A DNA stretch of 64,000 nucleotides from an uncultured Desulfospira sp. (lineage in GTDB: Bacteria; Desulfobacterota; Desulfobacteria; Desulfobacterales; Desulfobacteraceae): assembly GCA_963663165.1 (NCBI GenBank), contig OY760175.1, forward strand, positions 4,224,001 to 4,288,000, given 5' to 3'. The position numbers were made by a program, and so were the translations under genes. Below, piece after piece: positions 20,489 to 30,131 of this stretch. How positions within the stretch are numbered: position 1 is the first letter of the stretch; every line of letters begins with the position of its first letter. The notes under the pieces are model-generated. The model saw only the letters and a list, made by a program, of their open reading frames with translations. It was not told the origin of the DNA and did not search any database.

Positions 20489-21466
20489 TCAGAACATTTT
20501 CCGGCTCATGTCATCAATGGCTTTGGCGGCGGCATCATAGACCCCTGGAAAGGAGCTGAACCCTAAGCCCTGGGTCAGGCAGGGGATAAAATAATGTTTG
20601 CCGCATTCGGTGCAGGCTTTTTCCACGGCTTTTTCGATGGCGTCCACTGTCCACTCCGGGTGGTCCAGAGGGCCTGAATCCAGCTGTCCCATAAAGGTGA
20701 GCTGACCGCCATAGGTTTTGATCAGTTCCGGGGTGTTGTTGGTGGTCATCACCCCCTGCCAGATATCAATGCCCATTTCAATCATAAAGGGCACCAGGTT
20801 GGCGGCGTAGGAGTCACTGTGGTGGACGATGAGTTCAACCCCGTTGTCTTTCCAGAACCCATAAATCTTCTTGTAGGCCGGCACATAAAATTCCTCAAAC
20901 ATGTCCGGGGACATGAACGACGAGATCTGGCTGCCCCAGTCGTCATGGTGGAACAGGGCATCGGGCTTGAGATACTTGACCACTTCCCTGGCATGGGCCA
21001 GTTCATATTCGGCCAGAAAATCGATAAGTTCCTCCATGCATTCGGGCTCTTCATAGAGGGCCATCATGGCATTTTCCATCCCCATGAGGCTGTGGGTCAT
21101 TTCAAAGAGGCCCGGGGCATAGAAGATGGTCACGTATTTGTCCTGCCTGTCCACAGACTCAGCCTGTTTGACCGCAGGTTCCCATTTCTCTTCCGGGAAA
21201 ATCACCGAAGGCGCTTTGATCACCTCTTTCCATTGGGTGATGTCCTTGAGGGCTTTGAGTTCACCGGTATGGACAGGAAATGCCCCTAACTGGTCTTCGG
21301 GCCATTGGTAAGTAATCCCCCATTCGTTGACAATGGTCTGTCCGCGCTGGGGTCTGATTCTCCTGGGGGCGGTAAGAATAACTTCCATAAACTCGTACTG
21401 GTTGACGAACCGGTCCGGATTTCCGCCTTTCATCGTTTCAATCAGGTTCTGTCGTTTGGTCAGCAT
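20489..21466 (-). CDS. Uroporphyrinogen-decarboxylase-fold corrinoid methyltransferase (O-demethylase MT-type)
   Basis: HHDDWGSQ...MSP, HHSD and C-terminal FIPC zinc ligands; adjacent to a corrinoid protein. Confidence 0.85.
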   Translation of the reverse strand: MLTKRQNLIETMKGGNPDRFVNQYEFMEVILTAPRRIRPQRGQTIVNEWGITYQWPEDQLGAFPVHTGELKALKDITQWKEVIKAPSVIFPEEKWEPAVKQAESVDRQDKYVTIFYAPGLFEMTHSLMGMENAMMALYEEPECMEELIDFLAEYELAHAREVVKYLKPDALFHHDDWGSQISSFMSPDMFEEFYVPAYKKIYGFWKDNGVELIVHHSDSYAANLVPFMIEMGIDIWQGVMTTNNTPELIKTYGGQLTFMGQLDSGPLDHPEWTVDAIEKAVEKACTECGKHYFIPCLTQGLGFSSFPGVYDAAAKAIDDMSRKMF

Positions 21467-21482
21467 GAGGTGCCGCTCCTTT

Positions 21483-22124
21483 TTATTCGGCCTGGGTTAC
21501 CAGTTTTTTTGCCTTGACGGCAGCGCCGCCGGCATCAGGGGCATATCCGTCGGCTCCGGCCTCATCGGCGAATTCCTGGGTTATCGGGGCCCCGCCCACG
21601 ATTATTTTAAACCCTTCAAGGCCGCTGGCCTTAATGGTTTCAACCGTCTTTTTCAAGGCGGGCATGGTGGTGGACAACAGACCGGAGCAGGCCACCAGGG
21701 TTACATTTTTATTGGCCTTAATGGCTTCCACAAATTTTTCCGGCGACACATCGACGCCCAGGTCCACCATATTGAACCCGGCACTTTCCACCATCATGGC
21801 CACCAGGTTTTTGCCGATATCGTGCAAATCGCCCTGGACGGTTCCGATAATGCATGTGCCAAGGGACATGGAATCGCCTTCTGCCGCCAAAAGGGGCTTG
21901 AGTACCTCAACGCCTTTTGACATGGCCTTGGCGGCGATGAGCATTTCCGGTACAAAAAGGTCGCCGGCGGAAAATTTTTCACCCACAACCGACATGGCGT
22001 CCACCATGGCCTGCAAAATATCCAGGGGCGGATCTCCTGCATCAATGGCTTCCTGGACTACGCCGGGAAGAAGCTTGGTTTTTCCTTTTTCGGTAAGCGC
22101 CTTGACTTCGGTTAGTTTTGACAT
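21483..22124 (-). CDS. Corrinoid (B12-binding) protein, MtaC/MetH type
   Basis: FVPEML, GDLHDIGKNLV, SGLL and VGGAP motifs. Confidence 0.95.
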   Translation of the reverse strand: MSKLTEVKALTEKGKTKLLPGVVQEAIDAGDPPLDILQAMVDAMSVVGEKFSAGDLFVPEMLIAAKAMSKGVEVLKPLLAAEGDSMSLGTCIIGTVQGDLHDIGKNLVAMMVESAGFNMVDLGVDVSPEKFVEAIKANKNVTLVACSGLLSTTMPALKKTVETIKASGLEGFKIIVGGAPITQEFADEAGADGYAPDAGGAAVKAKKLVTQAE

Positions 22125-22278
22125 GGTTTTTCCCTACTTTTGTTGCCGTTAATTATTCTGGTAATCCATTGAACTATTGGAGTCCTATAATGAACTATTT
22201 AACTGAACCAAACAAGCCTTCCCGGTAATTTTCTATATATTCCAGGCAAACCTTGTCACGTTCAAGGCACGCTTGCAC

Positions 22279-22294
22279 AGCATAAATCAGGCCA
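22279..22294 (-). promoter_or_regulatory. Possible sigma54 -24/-12 promoter for the corrinoid/methyltransferase pair
   Basis: Minus strand TGGCCTGATTTATGCT has the correct GG-N10-GC spacing. Confidence 0.4.
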
Positions 22295-22444
22295 ATACGG
22301 TGCCCCCCTGACCCTGTTTTGAAAATGAAAACCGGTGACACTTTCTCTGGACAACGGATAAGATTTAATCTAATCCTAACCATACGAATGATAATTTCCG
22401 GTATACTCTGGTATCGTCAATGAACATCACACAGGAGCCAGGCC

Positions 22445-24635
22445 ATGGGAAAAAAACGCCAATCAAAACGGGTTGTGGTTGCCCTGTCGTTTATTCTGGT
22501 ATGGGCCAATCTGATCATCTTTACAGGGCAGGGATATGGGACGCAGCCCCCGTTTATTCCGGCGGATATCACGGTTACCCAGGATGTGGCGGCCACCGGG
22601 GTGGAGCCCATTGGGGCCAACCTGACCACCATTGCCGGGGGAACCAATTTCGCCATCAACAACCATGTCTGGAGCAGCGGGTTTGAGCCCATGGTTGTCC
22701 GCAAGTTTGTCCGTGTTGACCGGGCCGGGTCGGACTGGTTTGAATGGGATTCCTTTGGCGGATCCGGGTATTGGAATCTGGCCTGGACCGGGCTTTTAGA
22801 CGGTGCCGCCATCCGGTTTTACCGGATCGTGGACCAGGGCGGCAATCCCTTAAGCTATGATGGCGGCACCAACATGAACGACACCACCGGCGCCGACCAT
22901 GTGGTTTTCCTGGGAGAAACCACCATCCCGCCGGGCGGCTATATAGCCAATGACGACCGGGACGGTTATACGTCCGACGACAGGGCCCGGGTCTATGTTA
23001 ATGACGATGGCTTAGGCCTGCAATTCGGGGATTATGCCTATATCAAATTAAAGACCAATTATATCGGCTTATGGCAACGGCACATACAACGTGGCCTGGA
23101 ATTCCGGGACCGGCAATGCCCCGGACATGACCATTGCCCAGTGCCTGTACTGGGCGTACAAAACCGGGGACAGCCCTCAAACCCGGGTGGTTCCTTATCT
23201 TACCGGCCTTGAGGAGTATACGGAAGACGAGTGGATGGCCCTGGCCGAATTTTTAGGGGTTCCCTATGACCCGTCCGTGGATACGCCAGAAACTAAGCCA
23301 TATGCCTACCTAAGGTATACGTACAGGGACGGCAACGGCACCCCCTGGACCGATGAATTTCGGGAAATTGTGGTTGAATACGGCAACGAGACCTGGCACA
23401 ACGGTGCCGGCGGATACGGCTGGGACGGCTGGGGACGGCCAGGCTGGGTCCACCATGGCGGCAAAGAGTACGGGCTGTTCGCCAGATACATGTTTGACCA
23501 GCATGTCATGCAGATGCCCGAATGGGCCTTTTACAGCCTTGGCGATAAAATTAAATTTTCCCTGGGGGCCAACTATGACGGGTCTGCATCCGCCTATGGC
23601 GAGCTGGCCCTGTTACAGGGGGCAACCATCTCCTATCTGGGCCATGCCAATTATGTGGGGCCCAAATGGGAAACCAATGACACCGGAACCTCGGTGTTTG
23701 ACAATCACGGGGTCCAGATGACCCTTCTGGGGCTGCACGGTTCCATGCAGGAGCTGATTCTGGAAGCCGCGGCCACCCGGGACGCCTTAAATGCATCCGG
23801 GCAAACCGATTATAGGCTCCAGGCCTATGAAGGGGGCCCTTCCGGGTACTGGACCAATGATGAAGATCCTGACGTCGACGAGTTTTATGGAAAGTCGGCG
23901 GCCATGGGCCTGGCCGCCCTGGATGCCTGGTTGTTTTCCAGCCTGAACGGGTATGCGTACCAGTCTTACCTGGGGTTTTCTTCCGGGACATGGTGGACGT
24001 CTCACACCCTGCCCGAGGCCTGCGGATTCAGGGCCCATGCCGGCTGGCTGGCCCTGAAGATGAGAAACCGGTATGCCCTGGGATCAACCATGGTTGAGAC
24101 CATCCACAACACCGAACCCATTTTTGAGGGAGAAGAGGGGGATATTCCCTTAATTTCTTCCTATGCCCTGACCAACGGGGAGTCGTTTTCCGTGTTTGTC
24201 CTGTCCCGGAAACTGGACGGCAATCATGATGGCGTGGATTTTGGAACCGGACTTACCCCGGTGACCCTTCACCTGCCCTTTGACCGGGTCAGTGCCATTA
24301 CCCGGTACCGCCTGGAAACCCCGGAAGGCGGCCCGGTTGACCCAAGGCTCAACAATATCGAAGACCTGAACGTGGTTATCGGCGCTAAGGATATTGATCC
24401 GGCGGATTTTTCCCCGGACTTTGCCCTGAACCAAAAGACCGGGGCTGAGGACGGGGGGATTGCTCCGGGCAGCATCAATCTTTACGTTTTTAACCTGATA
24501 CAGGATCTGCCCTGCACCCCGGACCGGGACGGTGACGGTGACGTGGACGGCAAAGACCTGGCCGGGTTTGCCCAAAATCTTACCCTGGACTGCCTGCTGG
24601 ATATGGCCCAAAATTTCGGCACCCAGGCCCAGTAA
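22445..24635 (+). pseudogene. Secreted clan GH-A-like glycoside hydrolase with a C-terminal dockerin/EF-hand-like motif, split by a frameshift near 23052-23070
   Basis: ORF 22445-23212 has a signal peptide and a degenerate tail after KTNYIG. The second frame is open from 23052 (AYGNGTYNVAWNSG...) and carries EYGNETW, AYEGG and DRDGDGDVDGKDL. Confidence 0.65.
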
Positions 24636-24699
24636 ACTCGGGTTGTTTACTCTCCATGACTGTGCCCATGGCCATGATGACCCGTACAATGGCTTTGCC

Positions 24700-25731
24700 T
24701 CATGAAGCTTTCCGGGCAATAATCAGACGCGTTTCCATATTGGACCACTCGGCCATATCGATCACCTTTTCCCGCTCAAATCCGGCCTCTGCCAGAGTTT
24801 CATAAAGTTCGGAAGTGGTTTTCATGTGCATTTTGCTCTGGCCTGAGATCTGTTCCTTTAAGTCCCAGATCAGGGAGGTGAGCGGACCACTGCGGTCATC
24901 ATCGATAGTGAAGGTGAGCCGGATGAACAGCCCGCCGTCTTTCAGTGCGGCAGCGACCTGCCGGTAAAAGGCCAGTGCCTCGTCACCCCGTCCGCCGAAG
25001 GAGCAGGCCTCGAATGCCATATCGTATCCCGACCCGAGATCGTCTTTGGTATAGTCGCCGGACATGGTCCTGACCCGCTCCTGCATGCCGTACCGGTCGA
25101 TATATGTCTGGGTCATGGGGGTGACCTCGGGCTTGTCAAAAATGACCACATCAAGGTCCGGGTTCTCCTGGGCAAAGCCAATGCCGAAAAGGCCATGGCC
25201 ACCGCCAAGATCAATGAGCTTCCTGGCGGCGGTAAATTCAGGGAATTTTGTAATATTTCTGAGCGTTCCCTGAAGCCTGCCCAGAAGGGTGCCGCGGGCC
25301 ATCCAGTCGATGCACTGCTGATCATAGACATGGTCATGGGGGTCGGCGTCCCGGGTAGCACCGGTTTTCATCACCTGGGCCAGCTGCATCCAGGTATCGC
25401 GGGATTGGGTCGAAAAATTCAAATACCGGGCAAAATAGTCCGCGTCTTTGACCAGAAAAGGGGCCACATCAGGGGCGGTCTGGTATTTATTCCCCTCTTT
25501 GGTGAGCAGGTGCATGGCGGCCAGGACGTCCAGAAGCCGGCCGGTGATCCGGGATTGGGTCCCTATCTTTTCAGATAATTTTTCCACCCCGCAGGGCTCG
25601 GCCAGTTCGTTGAATATGTTGAGTTCCAGAGCGGTAAGAAAAATTTGACCTTTTTCAAAACTTGCGGCCAGGTCCCGCAGGTACTTTGACCGGTCTTCAA
25701 TGGGGGGGGTGGCGGTTGCCAGTCTTTCCAT
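24700..25731 (-). CDS. Class I SAM-dependent methyltransferase with a dimerisation domain
   Basis: ALELNIF...RLLDVLAAM, LIDLGGGHG and GDY motifs. Confidence 0.88.
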   Translation of the reverse strand: MERLATATPPIEDRSKYLRDLAASFEKGQIFLTALELNIFNELAEPCGVEKLSEKIGTQSRITGRLLDVLAAMHLLTKEGNKYQTAPDVAPFLVKDADYFARYLNFSTQSRDTWMQLAQVMKTGATRDADPHDHVYDQQCIDWMARGTLLGRLQGTLRNITKFPEFTAARKLIDLGGGHGLFGIGFAQENPDLDVVIFDKPEVTPMTQTYIDRYGMQERVRTMSGDYTKDDLGSGYDMAFEACSFGGRGDEALAFYRQVAAALKDGGLFIRLTFTIDDDRSGPLTSLIWDLKEQISGQSKMHMKTTSELYETLAEAGFEREKVIDMAEWSNMETRLIIARKAS

Positions 25732-25850
25732 GGTGTTCTCCTTGAAATGTTATGTGAGTTTTTATGAAAGTCTCTTAATAAAAGTTACTTTCAATTTTGG
25801 TTATGGGCGATTCTTGGTTGGATAATCCAAGCCGTCCGTGACGGTTATTC

Positions 25851-26612
25851 TCAGCCGCCATCGGCGGCCAGCAGTTGTCTGGTACATGGGTGCCGGGGAT
25901 CGGTCATCACTTTGTTGACCGGCCCCTGCTCAACGATACGCCCTTCAGATACCACGGCCACCCGCTGGCAGAATGCGGCCACCAGGCGGATGTCATGAGA
26001 AATATACAGATAGGCCATTCCCCGGTCCCGCTGCAGGGCCATGAGAAGGTGCAGGATATTGGCCTGGGCAGAGACATCGAGCATGGATGTCGGTTCATCG
26101 AGAACCACAAAGCTGGGGTTTAAGGCCATGACGCGGGCAATGGCAATGCGCTGTTTTTCCCCGCCGCTCACCTCGGCCGGGTATCTGTCCAGAATATCCT
26201 CGTCCAGGCCGACCCGGGCGAGCTGCGCCTTAACGGCCCCGGCCTCCTTTGACCGGGAAACCAGGCGATGAAGGCGAAGCGGTTCTTTGAGCAAATTGCC
26301 GATCTTCATTCCAGGATGCAGGCTTGACTGCGGATCCTGGAAGATAATCTGCATCTTTTTTTTGAGCCACCGTGACAATTGGTAATTGGGGTGGCTGATA
26401 TCCCTGTCTTGGAACAGCAGCCGGCCTTCACTTGGTGCCATCAGGCCCACGGCAAGTTTTCCAATTGTTGATTTGCCTGCCCCGCTCGGGCCGATGAGCC
26501 CCAGGGTTTCTCCGGGGTTCACCATAAGGTTGATTTTATGGACCACGCGGCTCTTGCGCTTCAGGACATGGCCCTGAACAAAAACCTTGCCCACATCCTG
26601 CATTTCAAACAT
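25851..26612 (-). CDS. Opp/Nik-family ABC ATPase (F type)
   Basis: GPSGAGKST, FQDPQSSL, SGGEKQR and DEPTS motifs. Confidence 0.9.
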   Translation of the reverse strand: MFEMQDVGKVFVQGHVLKRKSRVVHKINLMVNPGETLGLIGPSGAGKSTIGKLAVGLMAPSEGRLLFQDRDISHPNYQLSRWLKKKMQIIFQDPQSSLHPGMKIGNLLKEPLRLHRLVSRSKEAGAVKAQLARVGLDEDILDRYPAEVSGGEKQRIAIARVMALNPSFVVLDEPTSMLDVSAQANILHLLMALQRDRGMAYLYISHDIRLVAAFCQRVAVVSEGRIVEQGPVNKVMTDPRHPCTRQLLAADGG

Positions 26613-27534
26613 GGCGGCACCTCACCCAATGATCCCCGGCAATTCTTCTAAGGGCCGGGGTATGGTGCATACAGTCGGCATCCGCTTCAGGGCACCGGCC
26701 GGCAAAGCGGCAGCCCAGGGGCCGGTGGAAAATCCCCGGGGCTTTGCCCGGCAAGGGATGCAGCCCGGCGCTGGGATGGCTTTTGAGCAACCCCTGTGTA
26801 TAGGGATGGCGGGCCGCCCCGTCAAGGATGGCATGGCTGGCACCGACCTCAACAAACTGGCCGGCATACATGACGGCCAGCCGGCCCGGCAGGGTTTTTG
26901 CCACATCAAGGTCGTGGGTGATCAAGAGAAGCGATCGCTTTCCTTTTTCGGTAAACCGGTCCAGCAGGGCCACCAGTTCAGCCTTGGTGACGTTGTCCAG
27001 CCCTTTGGTGGGTTCGTCAGCCACCAGCAGATCGGGTTCCCGGCAGGTGCCCAGGCCAAACAGTGCCCTGCCCTTCATGCCTTCACTGAGCTGATGGGGG
27101 TACATCCGGGCCACGGCCGGTGACAGGCCAACCCGTTTGAGAAGCCTTTCAACCGCCGAGGTTGCCGACGGGCCGTGGCCTGGGGCCCGCAGCACCTCTT
27201 TTGCCTGGGTCTGGAAGCGGAATACGGGGTTAAGACAGGTTCCGGCGCTTTGGGGCACATAACCGATCCGGGTGGCGCGGATTTTTTTAAGGGTGTTTTT
27301 GTCCGCTGTGGTCAGGTTTTCTTCTTCAAAACGGATGGTACCCCGGACAGCGGCATTGGGGGGCAGAATTCCCATTACGGCCATGGCCACCAGGGATTTG
27401 CCGCAGCCGCTTTCCCCGATGATGATGGCCCGTTCTCCTGCCGAAAGTTCCAGGCAGACGTCGTCCACCACGCTCACCGACTGCCGGTTGAGGCAAAACC
27501 CGATTTCCAGATCTGAAATGCAAAGCAGGCTCAT
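26605..27534 (-). CDS. Opp/Nik-family ABC ATPase (D type) with a C-terminal Cys cluster
   Basis: GESGCGKS, YPHQLS, HPYTQGLL and GCRFAGRC...C...C motifs. Start MSLLC at 27534 overlaps the permease stop. Confidence 0.9.
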   Translation of the reverse strand: MSLLCISDLEIGFCLNRQSVSVVDDVCLELSAGERAIIIGESGCGKSLVAMAVMGILPPNAAVRGTIRFEEENLTTADKNTLKKIRATRIGYVPQSAGTCLNPVFRFQTQAKEVLRAPGHGPSATSAVERLLKRVGLSPAVARMYPHQLSEGMKGRALFGLGTCREPDLLVADEPTKGLDNVTKAELVALLDRFTEKGKRSLLLITHDLDVAKTLPGRLAVMYAGQFVEVGASHAILDGAARHPYTQGLLKSHPSAGLHPLPGKAPGIFHRPLGCRFAGRCPEADADCMHHTPALRRIAGDHWVRCRHV

Positions 27535-28364
27535 AGCGAGGTCCACCGCTGGCGTCCGCCGGACAGGGGATGGGACCGCTGCTCCAGGCTGTAGCCGATC
27601 ATTGCTATGGAAAGGGAGGCCACCACAATGGCCCCTACCGGTGCCAGAAACCACCACCAGCACCCTGCAGACAGCCCCCCGCTGGTAAAGGCGTGATTGA
27701 GGATCCACCCCCAGTCAATGGTTTGGGCATCCCCTAACCCGATAAAGCCTAACCCGACCCCCATGAGCAGATAGCCCTGCAGGGCAAAGACAAACTTGAC
27801 CACCGACAGGGGCAGGACAAAGGGAAGAATGTAGCGAAAAAGAATATAGACATGACTGGCTCCCATGGCCCGTACCCCTTGGACAAACGGCCATTGGGAC
27901 AGGCTCAGAACCTGGGCGCGCACAATGCGGGCGCAGGCACACCAGCCCACCACCCCCATGATGGAGCCCATGGCATAGAGTGACAGGGAATAGTGGGCCG
28001 AAAGGATGATCAGCAACGGAAAAACCGGCACGGCAATGACCACGTCGATCAGCCGGGAAAGAATTTGGTCTGTAAGCCCCCCGAAATAACCGGAAACCAT
28101 GCCCACCAAGGTTCCAATCAAGGTTGCCAGCCCGGCCCCAAGCAGGCCGACCATGATGGAGTTGCGCCCGCCCGCAAGGACCCGGCTGAGCAGGTCCTGC
28201 CCCAGCTCATTGGTGCCGAGCAAGTGATCGGTGCCGGGGGGAATAAGCGGGGGGGCCACGATATCCGTGGGGCCGTATGGGAGAATATGGGATGCGGTAA
28301 AGCATAACACCAGAAATACGCCCAGAACCCCAAAGCTCCACCAGCCAATGACTTGTCTATTCAC
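27531..28364 (-). CDS. Opp/Nik-family ABC permease (C type)
   Basis: HLLGTNELGQDLLSR motif and an EAA-like loop; the start is approximate. Confidence 0.88.
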   Translation of the reverse strand: MNRQVIGWWSFGVLGVFLVLCFTASHILPYGPTDIVAPPLIPPGTDHLLGTNELGQDLLSRVLAGGRNSIMVGLLGAGLATLIGTLVGMVSGYFGGLTDQILSRLIDVVIAVPVFPLLIILSAHYSLSLYAMGSIMGVVGWCACARIVRAQVLSLSQWPFVQGVRAMGASHVYILFRYILPFVLPLSVVKFVFALQGYLLMGVGLGFIGLGDAQTIDWGWILNHAFTSGGLSAGCWWWFLAPVGAIVVASLSIAMIGYSLEQRSHPLSGGRQRWTSL

Positions 28365-29334
28365 CGGTTTGCACCCTTGGATCAATCCGGCCGTAAGACA
28401 GATCGGCCAGCAGGTTTCCCGCCACCACCATGATGGTAAACAGTAAAAATACGCCCTGAAGAACCGGCAGGTCCCGTGCCCGGATGGCCTCGTAGGTGAG
28501 CAGCCCGATCCCCGGCCAGGAGAAGACCGATTCGATGAATACGCTTCCGGTCATCAGGTGGGCGATTTGCAGGGGGATAAGGGTGGCCACCGGCAGCAGG
28601 GCATTGGGCAGGCAATGGCGGAACATCAGCCGCATGTCACCGATCCCCGCAGCCCTTGCCGTGATGACATAGTCTTCCCGCACCGTCATGGCCAGGGTGT
28701 TTCTGACCAGGTAGTAGGTGTTGGGCGCAGAACACAGCGATAGCACCAGCAGGGGCAAAACGGCATGGTGGGCAAGGTCAAGCACGCCAATTCCGCCTTC
28801 CAGGGCGCCCATGCCGGCAAAACCGCCCAAAGGAAAGATATTCAGACCGTATCCGAAAATAAGGATGGCAAGGATGGCCCAGATGTAGGACGGGACAGCG
28901 TTGATGAATAACGCACCAAAAAGCAGAAAAAAATCCCTCTTTTTTTCGGTGTACCATCCGGAATAACTGCCGATCAATACGCCAAGGACCAAAGACAATG
29001 CCTTGGCAGGGAACAAAAGCGCCAGGGACCAGAGCAGTTTATCAAGGATGAGCCCGCCCACCGGCCGGGCATAGGTAAAAGAGACGCCCCAGTCGCCCCG
29101 GAAAATATCAACGACATAATCCATGTACCGGACAATGACGGAACGGTCCAGATCGAACTGCCGTCCCAGCATTTGGGAATCAACGGCCAGGAACCGCCCG
29201 CCCGGCGCCGAGTCGAGCAGGTAGTCGACATAGGTGCCGGGCATGGCGTGCAACAGGCAGAAGCTGAGGGTGATGCCGACAGCCAGGGCCATCAGGGAGG
29301 ATATCCCCCGGGAAAGAAGATAGTCGTTTTCCAT
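28357..29334 (-). CDS. Opp/Nik-family ABC permease (B type)
   Basis: GDWGVSF, EDYVITARAAG and ESVFSWPGIG motifs. Confidence 0.9.
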   Translation of the reverse strand: MENDYLLSRGISSLMALAVGITLSFCLLHAMPGTYVDYLLDSAPGGRFLAVDSQMLGRQFDLDRSVIVRYMDYVVDIFRGDWGVSFTYARPVGGLILDKLLWSLALLFPAKALSLVLGVLIGSYSGWYTEKKRDFFLLFGALFINAVPSYIWAILAILIFGYGLNIFPLGGFAGMGALEGGIGVLDLAHHAVLPLLVLSLCSAPNTYYLVRNTLAMTVREDYVITARAAGIGDMRLMFRHCLPNALLPVATLIPLQIAHLMTGSVFIESVFSWPGIGLLTYEAIRARDLPVLQGVFLLFTIMVVAGNLLADLSYGRIDPRVQTGE

Positions 29335-29355
29335 TGGTTTTTTTGCCGGATCTGG

Positions 29356-30111
29356 TTACCTGGTCAAAAGGGTCTCGCAAAGGCCCTCAATATCCGGCAG
29401 CGCCATGTCCAGGGTCTGGCCGTTCAGGGCTGCGGAGAAAATTTCCGGTTTCTGGGGAATTCTGGCGATGATATCAACTTTCGGCATATGGCCGTTAAGC
29501 GCCTCTTCCACCTGTTCATTGAGTTTGTTGAGGACAAAACAGATCCGTTTTTCAGCCTTTTGAGCCATTTCCTGCATTTTTTGGGATAACAGCACCGACT
29601 CGTAGGTGGGGTCCACAATGCCCACGATGACATCGCATCCGGATTCCACCCCGCGGCCGAAATGCTCCACACCGGCCTCGGAATCGATCAGTACAATGTC
29701 GTTGTCCTCTGTTTTAAGGTTTTCCAGAAACATTTTGGAAAGGACCCCCATGGGGCAGGCACACCCTTCACCGAATTCCTCAATCTTGCCCACCGGCATG
29801 AGTTGAATCCCCTGGGCCTCGGAAAGGCAGTCCTCGGGGATATCTTCAATTTTCCAGCTGTCGGTAAACAGTTCCAGCGGGCGTCCTTTGGGAAAGGCCG
29901 CCATCATTTTTTCCTGTAAGGCCTTCTTTCCTCCCAGGTGGCCCAGCAAAGAGCCCTGGGCCGGGGTCCCCATGAGCCGGCCAAGGCCGACATTGCTTTC
30001 GTCTGCATCCACCACCAGCACCCGGTGTCCGCGCTGCTGAAACGCCCTTGCCAAAAGCACGGTAATGGTACTCTTGCCGCAACCGCCCTTACCGCATATC
30101 ATGATTTTCAT
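29356..30111 (-). CDS. CooC/AcsF-like nickel-insertion P-loop ATPase
   Basis: GKGGCGKST, VDAD, GCAC metal motif and EAGVEHFGRG. Confidence 0.85.
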   Translation of the reverse strand: MKIMICGKGGCGKSTITVLLARAFQQRGHRVLVVDADESNVGLGRLMGTPAQGSLLGHLGGKKALQEKMMAAFPKGRPLELFTDSWKIEDIPEDCLSEAQGIQLMPVGKIEEFGEGCACPMGVLSKMFLENLKTEDNDIVLIDSEAGVEHFGRGVESGCDVIVGIVDPTYESVLLSQKMQEMAQKAEKRICFVLNKLNEQVEEALNGHMPKVDIIARIPQKPEIFSAALNGQTLDMALPDIEGLCETLLTR

Positions 30112-30131
30112 TTGAGTTCCGTCCTTTCCAT

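Noticed and set aside
27535..27708. N-terminal extension of the ABC ATPase ORF
   Set aside because: It overlaps the upstream permease in another frame; the coupled start at 27534 is more plausible.
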